From the NCBI GenBank assembly GCA_029210585.1, contig JARGFP010000006.1, positions 88,322-152,321 on the forward strand: a stretch of 64,000 nt of DNA, given 5' to 3'. Position 1 is the stretch's first letter. Each line of letters begins with the position of its first letter. The translations under genes and the position numbers were made by a program. Source of the stretch: Bacteroidales bacterium. Its GTDB lineage: Bacteria > Bacteroidota > Bacteroidia > Bacteroidales > GCA-2748055. The notes beneath the pieces were generated by a model, which was not told where the DNA came from, did not search any database, and saw only the letters and a program-made list of their open reading frames with translations. Positions 19,045 through 29,061 of this stretch are shown here, piece after piece.

Positions 19045-21402
19045 TCATATCACGATCACCGCATCTTCAGGGCAAACCTGCCGGCAACCGTCGCATTTGA
19101 TGCATAATTCCAGGTTGATCTCGTGTTTTTCATGGGGTGCAAAGGGTATGGCATTCACCGGGCAATCCTGCGCGCACAGGGTACACCCGATACAATCATC
19201 TGTGATTTCGTAATGGATCAGCTCCTTGCATTTTCCCGTGGGGCAGGTACCATTGATGTGTGCTTCGTATTCATCCCTGAAAAATGCAAGTGTTGTTTTA
19301 ATCGGGTTCGGAGCAGTCTTGCCCAGTCCGCACAGGCTTCCCTTCGCGGTCCATTCTGCCAGGTTCTCGAGTTCATCCAGGTCTTTCATCGTCCCTTTTC
19401 CTTCGGTGATCTTCACAAGGATCTCCAGCATTCGCTTGGTGCCGATCCTGCAAAATGTACATTTACCGCACGACTCATTCTGGGTGAACGATAGAAAATA
19501 TTTTGCAATGTCGACCATGCAATCGGTATCATCCAGCACCACCATGCCCCCTGAACCCATCATGGCCCCTACCCCGGTCAGCGATTCAAAATCGATAGGT
19601 GTATCAGCCAGGCGTGCAGGAATGCATCCTCCTGAAGGACCGCCGATCTGGATCGCCTTGAACGTTCTGCCGTTGGCAACCCCGCCGCCAATCTCCTCCA
19701 CTACTTCACGGATGGTAATTCCCATAGGAACTTCGATCAATCCGCCCCTGGCCACTTTCCCTGCCAGGGCAAATACCTTGGTACCCTTTGAATGCTCGGT
19801 GCCCACACTATTGAATGAATTGGAACTGTATCGCAGGATATAAGCGATCTGCGCAAATGTCTCCGTATTATTGACAAGTGTTGGTTTTTCCCATAGTCCG
19901 CTTACCGCGGGAAAGGGCGGCCGCATCCGCGGAAACCCGCGTTTCCCTTCGATGGAGGCAATGAGGGCTGTTTCCTCGCCGCACACAAACGCACCTGCAC
20001 CCTGGTAGATCCGCAGATCAAAACTGAAACCGGAATCAAGGATGTTCTTCCCCAGGTAACCATGTTCATAGCACCTGTCCAACGCCTCCTGTATCCTGCT
20101 GACGGCCAGCGGATATTCAGCGCGAATATAGAGAATCCCTTCATCCGATCCGGTACAATACCCGGCAACGATGATGCCTTCAATGATTCTGTAGGGATAG
20201 GATTCGAGCAACATCCGGTCCATGAAGGCACCGGGATCCCCTTCATCGCCATTGCATATCACATATTTCTTTGGTCCCTTCTGGTCGGCCACCATCTGCC
20301 ATTTGGTTGCAGTCGGGAAACCGGCACCTCCTTTCCCGCGGATTCCGCTCTCCCTGAGCTCGTCGATGATCTTCTGCGGCGCTTTTCCAAGGCTCTTTTT
20401 GAAGGCCAGGAACCCCTGCCGTTCCTTGTATTCTTCAATATCCACGGGATTGATCACCCCGCGGTATTCCGTAGCTACCGGCACCTGCCTGTCGAGAAAT
20501 GCAGCAACGTGTTTCTCCCTGACATTCAATGCATACCGATCCACACCCGACCATTTTCCGTCATCCACCACATTCTCAAGTGCATTGACGACCTGTCCCC
20601 GCATGCGTTTCCAGAAACCGGCCGGCTGGAAATGCTGGCGAACAATCTGGTCCACATCCACCGACTTCACTTTTGAATAGAGGATCGGCTCTCCTTCTGC
20701 CGGGACCACTTCCACCAGTGGTACCTGGTGACACATGCCCACGCATCCCACGTGTTTCAGCTTGACGTTCAGGCTGTTCCTTTCGATTGTATTTTTAACT
20801 GCATCCCGGATCTCATCGCTTCCGCTGGCCACGCAGCAGGAACCCAGCCCGATGCGGATCTCACCCTGGATCTCTTCCCCGCTGGATTTCCTGAAACGCT
20901 GTTTTACACCCCCGTCCTTCACTTTCTCAAAATCGCTGAGCACTCCGCCAACGGCAGCGGATGCGACATGGCCATAGGTAATATTATCGATCTGAACAAC
21001 CGGGGCAAGGGTACAACAGCCCAGGCAGTTCACCTTTTCCACTGTATATTTCCCGTCTGCAGAAGTGTCGGTCCCTCCTTCCATGCCCAGTTTCCGCCGA
21101 AGGGCGTCATACACCTGCTCCGCACCTTTCACATGACACGCCGTGCCTACGCATACCTTCACCATGTGGTCTCCTGCAGGTGAGAACCTGAACTGGGAAT
21201 AGAAGCTGGCTACGCCGGTGATCATCGCAGGGGTGATGTCCGACACCTCGCACACCCTGCGCAGCGCCTCTTCGGGCAGGTAGTTGTACTTTGCCTGGAT
21301 CGCTTGCAGCACGGGAATTACAGCCGACGGGTCGTGCCCGAGCTTTTCAACAATCTGTTCTATTTCCTTGTAGTGTTCTTCCATCTTCGCTACTTCACCC
21401 AT
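19045..21402 (-). CDS. Fused HydC-HydB (NuoE-NuoF-like) FMN/Fe-S NADH oxidoreductase with C-terminal 2x[4Fe-4S]
   Basis: CVGTACH...CLGCC, a second TRX-like Fe-S domain, GKGGAGFPT, NGDEGDPGAFMDR, CGEETALIASIEG, GGPSGG, ESCGKCTFCRIG, and two CxxCxxCxxxCP motifs. Confidence 0.92.
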   Translation of the reverse strand: MGEVAKMEEHYKEIEQIVEKLGHDPSAVIPVLQAIQAKYNYLPEEALRRVCEVSDITPAMITGVASFYSQFRFSPAGDHMVKVCVGTACHVKGAEQVYDALRRKLGMEGGTDTSADGKYTVEKVNCLGCCTLAPVVQIDNITYGHVASAAVGGVLSDFEKVKDGGVKQRFRKSSGEEIQGEIRIGLGSCCVASGSDEIRDAVKNTIERNSLNVKLKHVGCVGMCHQVPLVEVVPAEGEPILYSKVKSVDVDQIVRQHFQPAGFWKRMRGQVVNALENVVDDGKWSGVDRYALNVREKHVAAFLDRQVPVATEYRGVINPVDIEEYKERQGFLAFKKSLGKAPQKIIDELRESGIRGKGGAGFPTATKWQMVADQKGPKKYVICNGDEGDPGAFMDRMLLESYPYRIIEGIIVAGYCTGSDEGILYIRAEYPLAVSRIQEALDRCYEHGYLGKNILDSGFSFDLRIYQGAGAFVCGEETALIASIEGKRGFPRMRPPFPAVSGLWEKPTLVNNTETFAQIAYILRYSSNSFNSVGTEHSKGTKVFALAGKVARGGLIEVPMGITIREVVEEIGGGVANGRTFKAIQIGGPSGGCIPARLADTPIDFESLTGVGAMMGSGGMVVLDDTDCMVDIAKYFLSFTQNESCGKCTFCRIGTKRMLEILVKITEGKGTMKDLDELENLAEWTAKGSLCGLGKTAPNPIKTTLAFFRDEYEAHINGTCPTGKCKELIHYEITDDCIGCTLCAQDCPVNAIPFAPHEKHEINLELCIKCDGCRQVCPEDAVIVI

Positions 21403-21403
21403 G

Positions 21404-23263
21404 CTATTCTCCGATACAATATAAACTCTCGCTGCCCCTGATATAAATCTTCCCGCCTGCAAAGGCAGGGATGGCATAAGATGGTTCGCCCAATACCGGC
21501 TCCCCGATAAGGGTCCCCGACCTGTCGGCTTTCACGATATGCATCACCCCATCATTGCCCATGATATACAACTTCCCGTCAACCACCATCGGCGAACTGT
21601 ACAGGGTGGTACCAAAATCCATCTCCCATACCTGCTCCCCGGCTTTGGCATCATAGCACACCAGCACCCCGTAGCTCGTTGCCAGGTATAGCAAGCCGTT
21701 GTAGGCCACCGGGCTGGCCGCTTCTGAAAGATAGTCGTAGCTTTCCCACTGCACTGCTGCGCCCGGCTCCGGGTTGATCGCCACCAGGCTGGCATATTCA
21801 TTGTTGGCATATACGAGCCCGTCAGCGTATGCACATGAAGGTCCCACTTCACCCATCATCACATCGACCTTCCATATCTCTTCCCCGGTTTCAACATCAT
21901 AACCACCCACCGTAGGATCGGTATTTGTCACTACCTGGATCTTCCCTGCATAATCGACCAGGATGGGAGATGCCCACGAAATGTGGTTGTCACGCGAAAT
22001 ATCCCATACAGACGCTCCTGTTTTCGTATCCAGTGCCAGCATCCTGCCGCTCTTCCCGGTGTCGTACTGCACGATCACCTTCCCGTTCCACACCAGCAGC
22101 GAAGACGAATGTCCGTAGTGGTTCTGCGGAACCCCCAGGTTGCGGGCCCAGACCCTGTTCCCTTCGAAGTCGAATGCGATCACATCGCCTGTGGCGAAAA
22201 TGGCGTACACACGGTATCCATCCACCACGGCAGTGGGTGCCGAAAGCCCGGTATCATCAGTAACCTTGGGCATCGTGGAAGGGGATCCGGGAATGTTGTC
22301 GGCCTTTTTCTCCCACAGCAGCTGTCCGGAATGACGGTCGTAGCAGCTAACGATCCTGGCTTCTTCATCAGCCCCTGCAAGGAACAGTTTGTCGCCCCAG
22401 ATCACCGGTGAATTGTACCCGGGTTTTGAGATCGCCACTTTCCACGCCACGTTGGTACCGGCCCCGCCATCCCAGCTGGTGGGGATGTTCTTGTGGTAGG
22501 AGACGCCCAGTGCCATGGGGCCCCTGAAGCTGTTGTGGTGCTTTTTGAATTCTGCCAACCCGTGAATTTTCTCCACAGGAACAGCCTGTTGTGCAGCTGT
22601 GGTTTGTCCGTCCCCGGCTTGTGCTGAATCATCCGCGCCCGTATCCTGTCCGGGTTCTCCTGTTGCTGTATCCTGAATGGCACCGGCCAGTGCTCCGGAC
22701 GCGGAAGTGTCGGCAGGATCGACAATCTCGATCACTTCAATTGTTTCATCCATGGTTGACGGACCCGTTCCGGCGATGGCTTCCGGGTAATAGTTCTCCA
22801 GGTAATTTGTACTTGAGAAGGCAGCAAAGAAAGCCATCCCGAGCACCAAAATGCCGGTGGCCAGCAGCCATTTCCATGCAGTCATTCGGGCCTTCAGAAA
22901 ATCTTCTTTCGCTGTATCCGGAACCCCGATCCGCCGGCGCAGGTCGGTATAGACTTTCAGAGAGCCTGCAAACAGGACGCCCCCGATCAGCATCAGCAGG
23001 GCCCCGGTCCTTACCTGCCAGGTGGATGTAAAGTAGGCCTTGCGCACCATCATGTCAAAATCCCTGATTTCCTCCTTCAGCTGCTCATTGCGCGGGTCCT
23101 CTTCCAGTTGCGCAACGAGTGTATTGAGTGTCTGGCTCTCGAGGGGTTCATATTTTTTCAACTGGACAAAGTTGATAAGCAAGAGTGCTGCCACCACCAG
23201 GGTAAAAATCCCTGAGATCTGCATCACCTGCCTGGCCAATTTTATTTTTTCTTCGTGGGTCAT
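21404..23263 (-). CDS. Membrane-anchored (3 TM) PQQ-like beta-propeller protein
   Basis: Three hydrophobic N-terminal segments, an acidic linker, then NSFRGP...WKV...GYNSPVIWG and W-docking repeats. Confidence 0.85.
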   Translation of the reverse strand: MTHEEKIKLARQVMQISGIFTLVVAALLLINFVQLKKYEPLESQTLNTLVAQLEEDPRNEQLKEEIRDFDMMVRKAYFTSTWQVRTGALLMLIGGVLFAGSLKVYTDLRRRIGVPDTAKEDFLKARMTAWKWLLATGILVLGMAFFAAFSSTNYLENYYPEAIAGTGPSTMDETIEVIEIVDPADTSASGALAGAIQDTATGEPGQDTGADDSAQAGDGQTTAAQQAVPVEKIHGLAEFKKHHNSFRGPMALGVSYHKNIPTSWDGGAGTNVAWKVAISKPGYNSPVIWGDKLFLAGADEEARIVSCYDRHSGQLLWEKKADNIPGSPSTMPKVTDDTGLSAPTAVVDGYRVYAIFATGDVIAFDFEGNRVWARNLGVPQNHYGHSSSLLVWNGKVIVQYDTGKSGRMLALDTKTGASVWDISRDNHISWASPILVDYAGKIQVVTNTDPTVGGYDVETGEEIWKVDVMMGEVGPSCAYADGLVYANNEYASLVAINPEPGAAVQWESYDYLSEAASPVAYNGLLYLATSYGVLVCYDAKAGEQVWEMDFGTTLYSSPMVVDGKLYIMGNDGVMHIVKADRSGTLIGEPVLGEPSYAIPAFAGGKIYIRGSESLYCIGE

Positions 23264-23309
23264 CCTTTTTAGTACTTAATTTGCGCTCGCATAAGCCCGG
23301 GTTACCCGT

Positions 23310-24620
23310 TCATTGCTTCGCTTTTACTATCCCTGATTTACGATCTCCGGACTGCTCTCCTACAGGGCAATAATCCATGCACCTGCCACAACTGAAGCAA
23401 TCACGCTTATGTGGTATATAATCTTTCCTTTTCCTGAGCACGAACTGGTTCATGAGCATGATCCCCAGCACCAGGCCCAGGTATCCGCCCAGGTACCAGC
23501 CACCGGTCCTGAATTTCGACCTGATCACCGACGCCTCTTCCACCAGCTGGTCCATGGACTTTCCTGATTCGAGGAATGCCTGGATATCCAGGTTTTCCGT
23601 ATCCTCCCGGAGTTCGGGCTGGGCAATCAGCAATTCAGAAAGGTACACATCGGGATGTGCCTTGGAGAGGAATACGTGTGCCTTCGACACTGCAAAGCCG
23701 CCTGCAAAGATCCACACCGGCACCAGCAAACCAAAGATCACATAGTTCCTGAGGTTCTTACGGACTGTCGATTCGGTGCGCACCTTTTCATCGATGGGGG
23801 CTTCGATGGCATCAAAAGGACAGGAATTTGCGCACAGTTTGCAGTTGATACACTCCGAAGGGGTGATGGTGATGTGTTTTTTTGAGAAATGGGACATAAA
23901 GCCCAGCAGCACACTGTAGGGGCAGAAAACCCTGCAGTAGGGACGTGCAAAAAACATTCCGAGCACAAGAAAAGCAATGCCGAGGCCTATCATCAGGTAG
24001 GGACCGTCTGTCCTGAAAATCCCGACAAAGGGGTCGTACCGGCAAATGATAAAGTCGGTCCCGGTTGCTGCAAACAGTATCGCGAGCCCGATATAAATAT
24101 GGGGGATAAATGACAAGGTTTTCCTGACCCAGCTGGAGACAGAGATGGGCCTGATCACCACCAGGTCCTGTATGGCCCCGAGCGGACAGGCAGCGGCGCA
24201 GAAGGTCCGACCGTAAAAAAGGGCAAACACCAGTGGCAGCAAAAAGAACAGCAACACTGTTATGGATATCTTATAGCCCGGATCGAAGAGCGCCAGCGTT
24301 ACATTCTGGATGGACCCGATGGGACAGATGCAGCCGTTCCGGTAGAAGCCGAAATAAAGCAGGGTAAAAACAGATAACCAGAGGACTCCCCGACGGGAAC
24401 GTTTTTTGAGAATCAGCCAGGTGGCCAGGGCCATTACCCCGAACAGGACGATGACATCGAACACTTCCATGCCTGCGGTACGCGGTTCCGGTGTGGTTGT
24501 ATTTGGCTGTTCATATCCGCTCTCAAATTCCGGTTTCGGAAACCGTTGCTGGGCATTCAATGCGAGAAACGCAAACACCATCAGTACCAGGAAGCCCAAT
24601 CTGTAATTTTTCCTTATCAT
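23310..24620 (-). CDS. Membrane polyferredoxin (NapH/MauN-like 4Fe-4S binding protein)
   Basis: Multiple TMs; GCICPIG, FCAAACPLG and YCRVFCPY (CxxxCP); CINCKLCANSCP and CFSCGRCMDYCP. Confidence 0.85.
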   Translation of the reverse strand: MIRKNYRLGFLVLMVFAFLALNAQQRFPKPEFESGYEQPNTTTPEPRTAGMEVFDVIVLFGVMALATWLILKKRSRRGVLWLSVFTLLYFGFYRNGCICPIGSIQNVTLALFDPGYKISITVLLFFLLPLVFALFYGRTFCAAACPLGAIQDLVVIRPISVSSWVRKTLSFIPHIYIGLAILFAATGTDFIICRYDPFVGIFRTDGPYLMIGLGIAFLVLGMFFARPYCRVFCPYSVLLGFMSHFSKKHITITPSECINCKLCANSCPFDAIEAPIDEKVRTESTVRKNLRNYVIFGLLVPVWIFAGGFAVSKAHVFLSKAHPDVYLSELLIAQPELREDTENLDIQAFLESGKSMDQLVEEASVIRSKFRTGGWYLGGYLGLVLGIMLMNQFVLRKRKDYIPHKRDCFSCGRCMDYCPVGEQSGDRKSGIVKAKQ

Positions 24621-25204
24621 GCGCCTGCTTCTCCCGATTCGTTAGCTGTAAAATCTCCTTTGATCATATAAGGTTCACTGGCCGGCACCCTGCTGATGGC
24701 ATCTGACGGACAAACGCGTGCAATGCTGCATTCGTTGCAGTTGACACAGATGTCATGCCTGATCTGCAGGTGCAACGATCCGTTGCCAAATGCACTGCAC
24801 CCTTTCACGCACTTGGCACACCCGATACACAGTTCTTCATCGATGATATACTCGAAATAGGGTTCTTCGATGAATTTTCGTTCAATAGCCGCAGCAGGAC
24901 AAAGCTGTTTCTCTGCTCCTGTATCAAGGTCCGTGACACCAGGTTTGAAATAGCCGCCACAAAGGTCGCAGTAACCGCAGATGTCGTATGCATGCACACA
25001 TTTCACAGCCGATGGAGACAGTACACAATCGGTGGCACATCTTCCGCACTGGGTACATTTAAACGGGTCGATCTGCCACAGGTATTTCTCACTGCCGGCA
25101 TTTACCGCTGCCGCCACGCCCACACCTGCCAGAGACAGGCCGAGTGTGAACCGGGCGCCCCTGTTGATAAATTCCCGCCTGTTGTATTCCTTATCCCTTG
25201 CCAT
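24617..25204 (-). CDS. Multi-[4Fe-4S] ferredoxin with twin-arginine-like leader (NapG-like)
   Basis: NRREFIN plus a hydrophobic stretch; CTQCGRC, CGYCDLC, CIGCAKC, CVNCNEC...CP. Confidence 0.85.
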   Translation of the reverse strand: MARDKEYNRREFINRGARFTLGLSLAGVGVAAAVNAGSEKYLWQIDPFKCTQCGRCATDCVLSPSAVKCVHAYDICGYCDLCGGYFKPGVTDLDTGAEKQLCPAAAIERKFIEEPYFEYIIDEELCIGCAKCVKGCSAFGNGSLHLQIRHDICVNCNECSIARVCPSDAISRVPASEPYMIKGDFTANESGEAGA

Positions 25205-25397
25205 TACCCTTTGCTTTTAGTGCGCCCGGAAGGGTGCAGTTATTCAGTTTACCGCAGTCATTGCAGAATTTATTGAGTGTGCAGTCTGACTGTACTGAGA
25301 CTTTGTCGCGGTAGACAAAAACGCCTACCATTGCTGCCATCACAGAAAGGATGGATATCCTTGCAAATGCTGCAAAAAACGCTCTCCTGTTCATCAT
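25191..25397 (-). CDS. Small Cys-rich protein with twin-arginine-like leader
   Basis: MMNRRAFF, a TM, then C-x5-C-x2-C-x5-C. Lies in-operon, overlapping or abutting its neighbours. Confidence 0.7.
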   Translation of the reverse strand: MMNRRAFFAAFARISILSVMAAMVGVFVYRDKVSVQSDCTLNKFCNDCGKLNNCTLPGALKAKGNGKG

Positions 25398-25400
25398 TTC

Positions 25401-26363
25401 TTACCTGTTTTTTTCAAAAATCCTGATAACGTTCCTGTCGAAATCCAGCGCGTAAACAACACCGTTTTCATCCACAACCACTTCGGGGGCCTGTCCTTCC
25501 TCCAGGAATTTGCGGGGTGGTGCCACCACTGTTTTCAGTTCACCTGAGCTGTCATATATCTTGATCCGCACCATATGTTTCTCGCTGGTCACAAATGAGC
25601 CATCCTCCATCACTGCAATATGTGCCGGATTGCAACAGCCGCTGAATCCTTCAATGTTCATGGAGCCCGCTGTCCAGAACCCCCTTAACTGGCCTTCGTT
25701 TGTGTAATTCTCGAGGGCATGCCGCCCCGGATTCACCACCCACAGTTCGTCGTAGCTGTTCACCACCAGGTCGAAACTGGCGCTGGGTACGATAAACCCA
25801 TGTCCGGCGCTGCTTTCCGCCTTTCCCTCGAACTGACCCATCAATTCACCTTCTAAATTATATCTCAGTACGCGCCTGTTTCCGGCATCTGCCACAAACA
25901 GGAATTCACCGGCAGATGCCAGCGATGTAAATACGCATTTGCTGCCCGGGGAATCCCATTCCGCTAGGAAGGTACCCTCCCGGCTGTATTTTTTTATATG
26001 ATCCTCGAAACCGATAAAGACCGCCTGGTCATTGACCTCAATACATGTGGGAAGGCCCTGGATTTCTGTTTTCATCTGCTGCACCCCGGCCAATGAAATC
26101 ACCTGCAGGACCTGTTCACCAGCTATCCATAGCAGGTTATCATACAAATCCAGCGCCCCGGGCTTGTAATCGCGTACCGGAAAATTTTTGGTTTCCCGGT
26201 AGCCGATCAGCGAGGTATCCACCTCCTTGTATTCATCAAACTGATATTCATACGGATTGTCCCCCAGCCGGTCCGGACGTTTCGCTGAATAGTCAAGCAC
26301 GATCACCACGATAATGGCAGCGATAATCAGTACGACGATGAATGATAACGATTTATTCTTCAT
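25401..26363 (-). CDS. Membrane-anchored NHL-repeat beta-propeller protein
   Basis: N-terminal TM; LFVADAGNRRVLRY NHL repeat; GFSGCCNPAHIA. Confidence 0.8.
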   Translation of the reverse strand: MKNKSLSFIVVLIIAAIIVVIVLDYSAKRPDRLGDNPYEYQFDEYKEVDTSLIGYRETKNFPVRDYKPGALDLYDNLLWIAGEQVLQVISLAGVQQMKTEIQGLPTCIEVNDQAVFIGFEDHIKKYSREGTFLAEWDSPGSKCVFTSLASAGEFLFVADAGNRRVLRYNLEGELMGQFEGKAESSAGHGFIVPSASFDLVVNSYDELWVVNPGRHALENYTNEGQLRGFWTAGSMNIEGFSGCCNPAHIAVMEDGSFVTSEKHMVRIKIYDSSGELKTVVAPPRKFLEEGQAPEVVVDENGVVYALDFDRNVIRIFEKNR

Positions 26364-26366
26364 ATT

Positions 26367-27803
26367 CTATCTGTTTCGGCTTGCAGCCATGTCCATGCAG
26401 ATCATTGTTTCCGAATCCCGCAGCACCATGTACCCGTCTGCGACAGCAATGGGAGCCCAGGCATCGGCGCCATCCTCGATAACGCGGTACCGGTCGAGTT
26501 CGATGTACCTGTTGACGGAAGGACGTGCGATCACCAGTGTGCCGTCATCATCCAGGATAAAGAGTTTTTCATCAGCAATCATATAAGGTCCAAGACCGAA
26601 CCGGACCGTTTGTCCGCTTTCCCATACGATTTCAGTAAAATCATCCGGATGCACGCAGACCAGTTCGTTCCTGAGCGGGCCGGCGTCCTTGGGCAGGATA
26701 CCCAGCAGGTGTCCCTGGAACACAACGGGAGTTTGCTGTTCAGAAGCCAGTCCTTCTTTCGGACTGTACTCCCTGATCACCTCGGCCGCAAATCCATCGC
26801 CGCTGCGCGACAACTGCAGCACCATGCTGCCGGCACCATATCCAGCTGTGAGAAATACTGTGCCGTCGGGGAGACAAACAGGTGACGGGGCCACCACATT
26901 GTGCTTCCAGTCGGGAGCTGTCCAGAGGATCTTCCCTGCATCACGCCCCTCCGCCGCAATTCCGCAGGCTCCGCCAATAGCGCTGTACACGTACATTTTC
27001 ACACCATCAAGTTCGTAGGGCATAATGGAGGAGTGCGACATGCCCCACTGATGCTCATTGGGCGTTTGCCAGGCAAACTCCCCGGTCTTACAATCCACTG
27101 CCACGAACAGGTTTTTACCGCCCGTTGCAATGATCGCAAGGTCGTTGTCTACCAGCGGACATTGCCCTGTGTACCAGAAAGGCACCTCCGTTTCATAATC
27201 CTGCTCCACGTTCAGTCCCCACCTGAAGTCACCATCCTCGCGGTCGACACACATTACGTGGCCGCGGGGTCCGATCGTGACAATATAGTCCTCAGTGACG
27301 GCAGGAACGGTTCGTGACATCCCATGGTTCCGTTTGATCGGGATTTTATACCATCGCCTCCAGAGCTCTGTTCCCTCAACCAGGTCGAAGCAACGCAGCA
27401 TATCAGCACGCAGTTCCTCATCGTAATCCAACACATACACCTTGCCCTCATAAATGGCGGCGCCACCATGCCCTTCCCCCAGGTCAACCTCCCACATTAT
27501 CTCCGGTCCTGTCTCAGGAAATGCGTCGATAAGGGCCACCTCTGACCGTGAAATATTATCGAAATGTTCTCCCCTGAAACGGGGCCAGGTACCGGTGAGG
27601 TCAGAACCCTTGCGCTCAAACCGCTCGAAGAACTCCCCGATCTCAATATCCAGGCTGACAGCTACCCCTTCCCCGCGGTTGTCCATACCGGGCACACTCA
27701 CCACGAGGTCCTTCACAGGATCCTTTGTGATCCACCATGCGATGGAAAATACACCTGCCAATGCCAGCAGGTAGGGAATCAGTATGTGCGGTTTTAATCT
27801 CAA
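26367..27803 (-). CDS. PQQ-like beta-propeller protein, N-terminal TM
   Basis: WPRFRG, WEVDLGEGHGGAAI, and C-terminal WAPIAVADG. Confidence 0.85.
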   Translation of the reverse strand: MRLKPHILIPYLLALAGVFSIAWWITKDPVKDLVVSVPGMDNRGEGVAVSLDIEIGEFFERFERKGSDLTGTWPRFRGEHFDNISRSEVALIDAFPETGPEIMWEVDLGEGHGGAAIYEGKVYVLDYDEELRADMLRCFDLVEGTELWRRWYKIPIKRNHGMSRTVPAVTEDYIVTIGPRGHVMCVDREDGDFRWGLNVEQDYETEVPFWYTGQCPLVDNDLAIIATGGKNLFVAVDCKTGEFAWQTPNEHQWGMSHSSIMPYELDGVKMYVYSAIGGACGIAAEGRDAGKILWTAPDWKHNVVAPSPVCLPDGTVFLTAGYGAGSMVLQLSRSGDGFAAEVIREYSPKEGLASEQQTPVVFQGHLLGILPKDAGPLRNELVCVHPDDFTEIVWESGQTVRFGLGPYMIADEKLFILDDDGTLVIARPSVNRYIELDRYRVIEDGADAWAPIAVADGYMVLRDSETMICMDMAASRNR

Positions 27804-27806
27804 GAC

Positions 27807-29054
27807 CTACCGTTCTTTAATATCATATACAAGCAATACATCATGGTGGCGCAGGAACAGTTTATCGTCGTAGATGGAAGGATGCGCCCATCGCGGGCCC
27901 CTGCCATCACTTACCTGGAAGGAACTCACAACATTGAATCCTTCCGGGGTTGCCTCCACGAGCCCCACATGGCCCTGTTTTTCCTCAAAGACATACAGCA
28001 TGCCATCTGCATAGATCATAGCGCCCTTGTTGCGCCATTCCTCTTCGTACATCACTTCACCGGTATCCCAGTCGAGACACACCCAGTTGCCCATACCATT
28101 GCTGATCCAGTTAGATCCGTAGATATACCCGTCCAGCAGGACCAGTCCTCCATGGTGATTGTCAAGCACGTCGTTGGTCCACTTCACCTTTGCGGAACGG
28201 ACATCATCGGAAAGTGCTACCATGAGTGCTTTGTCATCGTAGCCGCTTGAAACGAAAATCTCCCCGTTGTGGTACAGTGGGGTATTGGTACTGTTGCGCC
28301 TTCCTTTTTCAGTATAATCAGTTACCAGGTCAAGTTTCCAGAAAATTTTTCCGGTAGCCGGATCAATCCCTGCCAGGTTACGGGAAGTGGTTGCCACAAG
28401 TAACTGGTTGCCATTGTGTTCGATCATCAGGGGAGAAACATAGGAGCGGACATCCCCGGTGGGTTCAGACTTCCAGATCACCGATCCATCCTCCTTGTCC
28501 AGTGCTACCATCACGGTCTCTTCCCCGACCGGTGAGGAAATCACTGCGTCTTCAGTAAGCAATACAGATTCGGCCATTCCCCACCTGTGAAAGCCGGCAT
28601 CGAATTCATCGTGCGTGTTCCTCGACCAGAGGATCTGCCCGGTTTTGGCATCGATACAGTTCACGGTACCCATGGCACCGGTGATATAGATCCTTCCGTT
28701 CTCGATGGCAGGGGTGTTCCTTGTTTCCTGGAAGGACTCCATCCATGGACGTCCATACACGGTTTCCCAGTACACAGAACCGTCAAGGCCCACTGCAGTG
28801 ATCACCTCCAGCGTATCCCTTCTTCCTGTCACATAAATGGTTCCATCGTACATGACAGGTGTGGAATATCCTCCGCCCAGGCCCTCTTTTTTCAGGAGCA
28901 GGTCAGGACCGTTTTCCGGCCATTCCTTCAACAATCCTGTTGCAGGATATTTACCGTCCCGTTCAGGCCCCCTCCATTGTGCATCCTGTGCATAAATAAC
29001 AGTGGTATGTGTTCCCAGTACCAGGATAATCAGTATATATAGATTTCTGTGCAT
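27807..29054 (-). CDS. PQQ-like beta-propeller protein (secreted)
   Basis: Signal peptide, QWRGPERDG, GYSTP, and C-terminal WAHPSIYDDKLFLR. Confidence 0.85.
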   Translation of the reverse strand: MHRNLYILIILVLGTHTTVIYAQDAQWRGPERDGKYPATGLLKEWPENGPDLLLKKEGLGGGYSTPVMYDGTIYVTGRRDTLEVITAVGLDGSVYWETVYGRPWMESFQETRNTPAIENGRIYITGAMGTVNCIDAKTGQILWSRNTHDEFDAGFHRWGMAESVLLTEDAVISSPVGEETVMVALDKEDGSVIWKSEPTGDVRSYVSPLMIEHNGNQLLVATTSRNLAGIDPATGKIFWKLDLVTDYTEKGRRNSTNTPLYHNGEIFVSSGYDDKALMVALSDDVRSAKVKWTNDVLDNHHGGLVLLDGYIYGSNWISNGMGNWVCLDWDTGEVMYEEEWRNKGAMIYADGMLYVFEEKQGHVGLVEATPEGFNVVSSFQVSDGRGPRWAHPSIYDDKLFLRHHDVLLVYDIKER

Positions 29055-29061
29055 GGTTTCT

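Noticed and set aside
17320-21402. Respiratory complex I nuoEFG, an [FeFe]-hydrogenase, or glutamate synthase small subunit
   Set aside because: No other nuo genes, no H-cluster motifs and no gltB. The architecture is HydBC-like with a truncated GltD-like partner.
24617-25204. RnfB of an Rnf complex
   Set aside because: No rnfCDGEA genes nearby. The RR leader and the adjacent CxxxCP membrane protein fit a NapG/NapH-like pair better.
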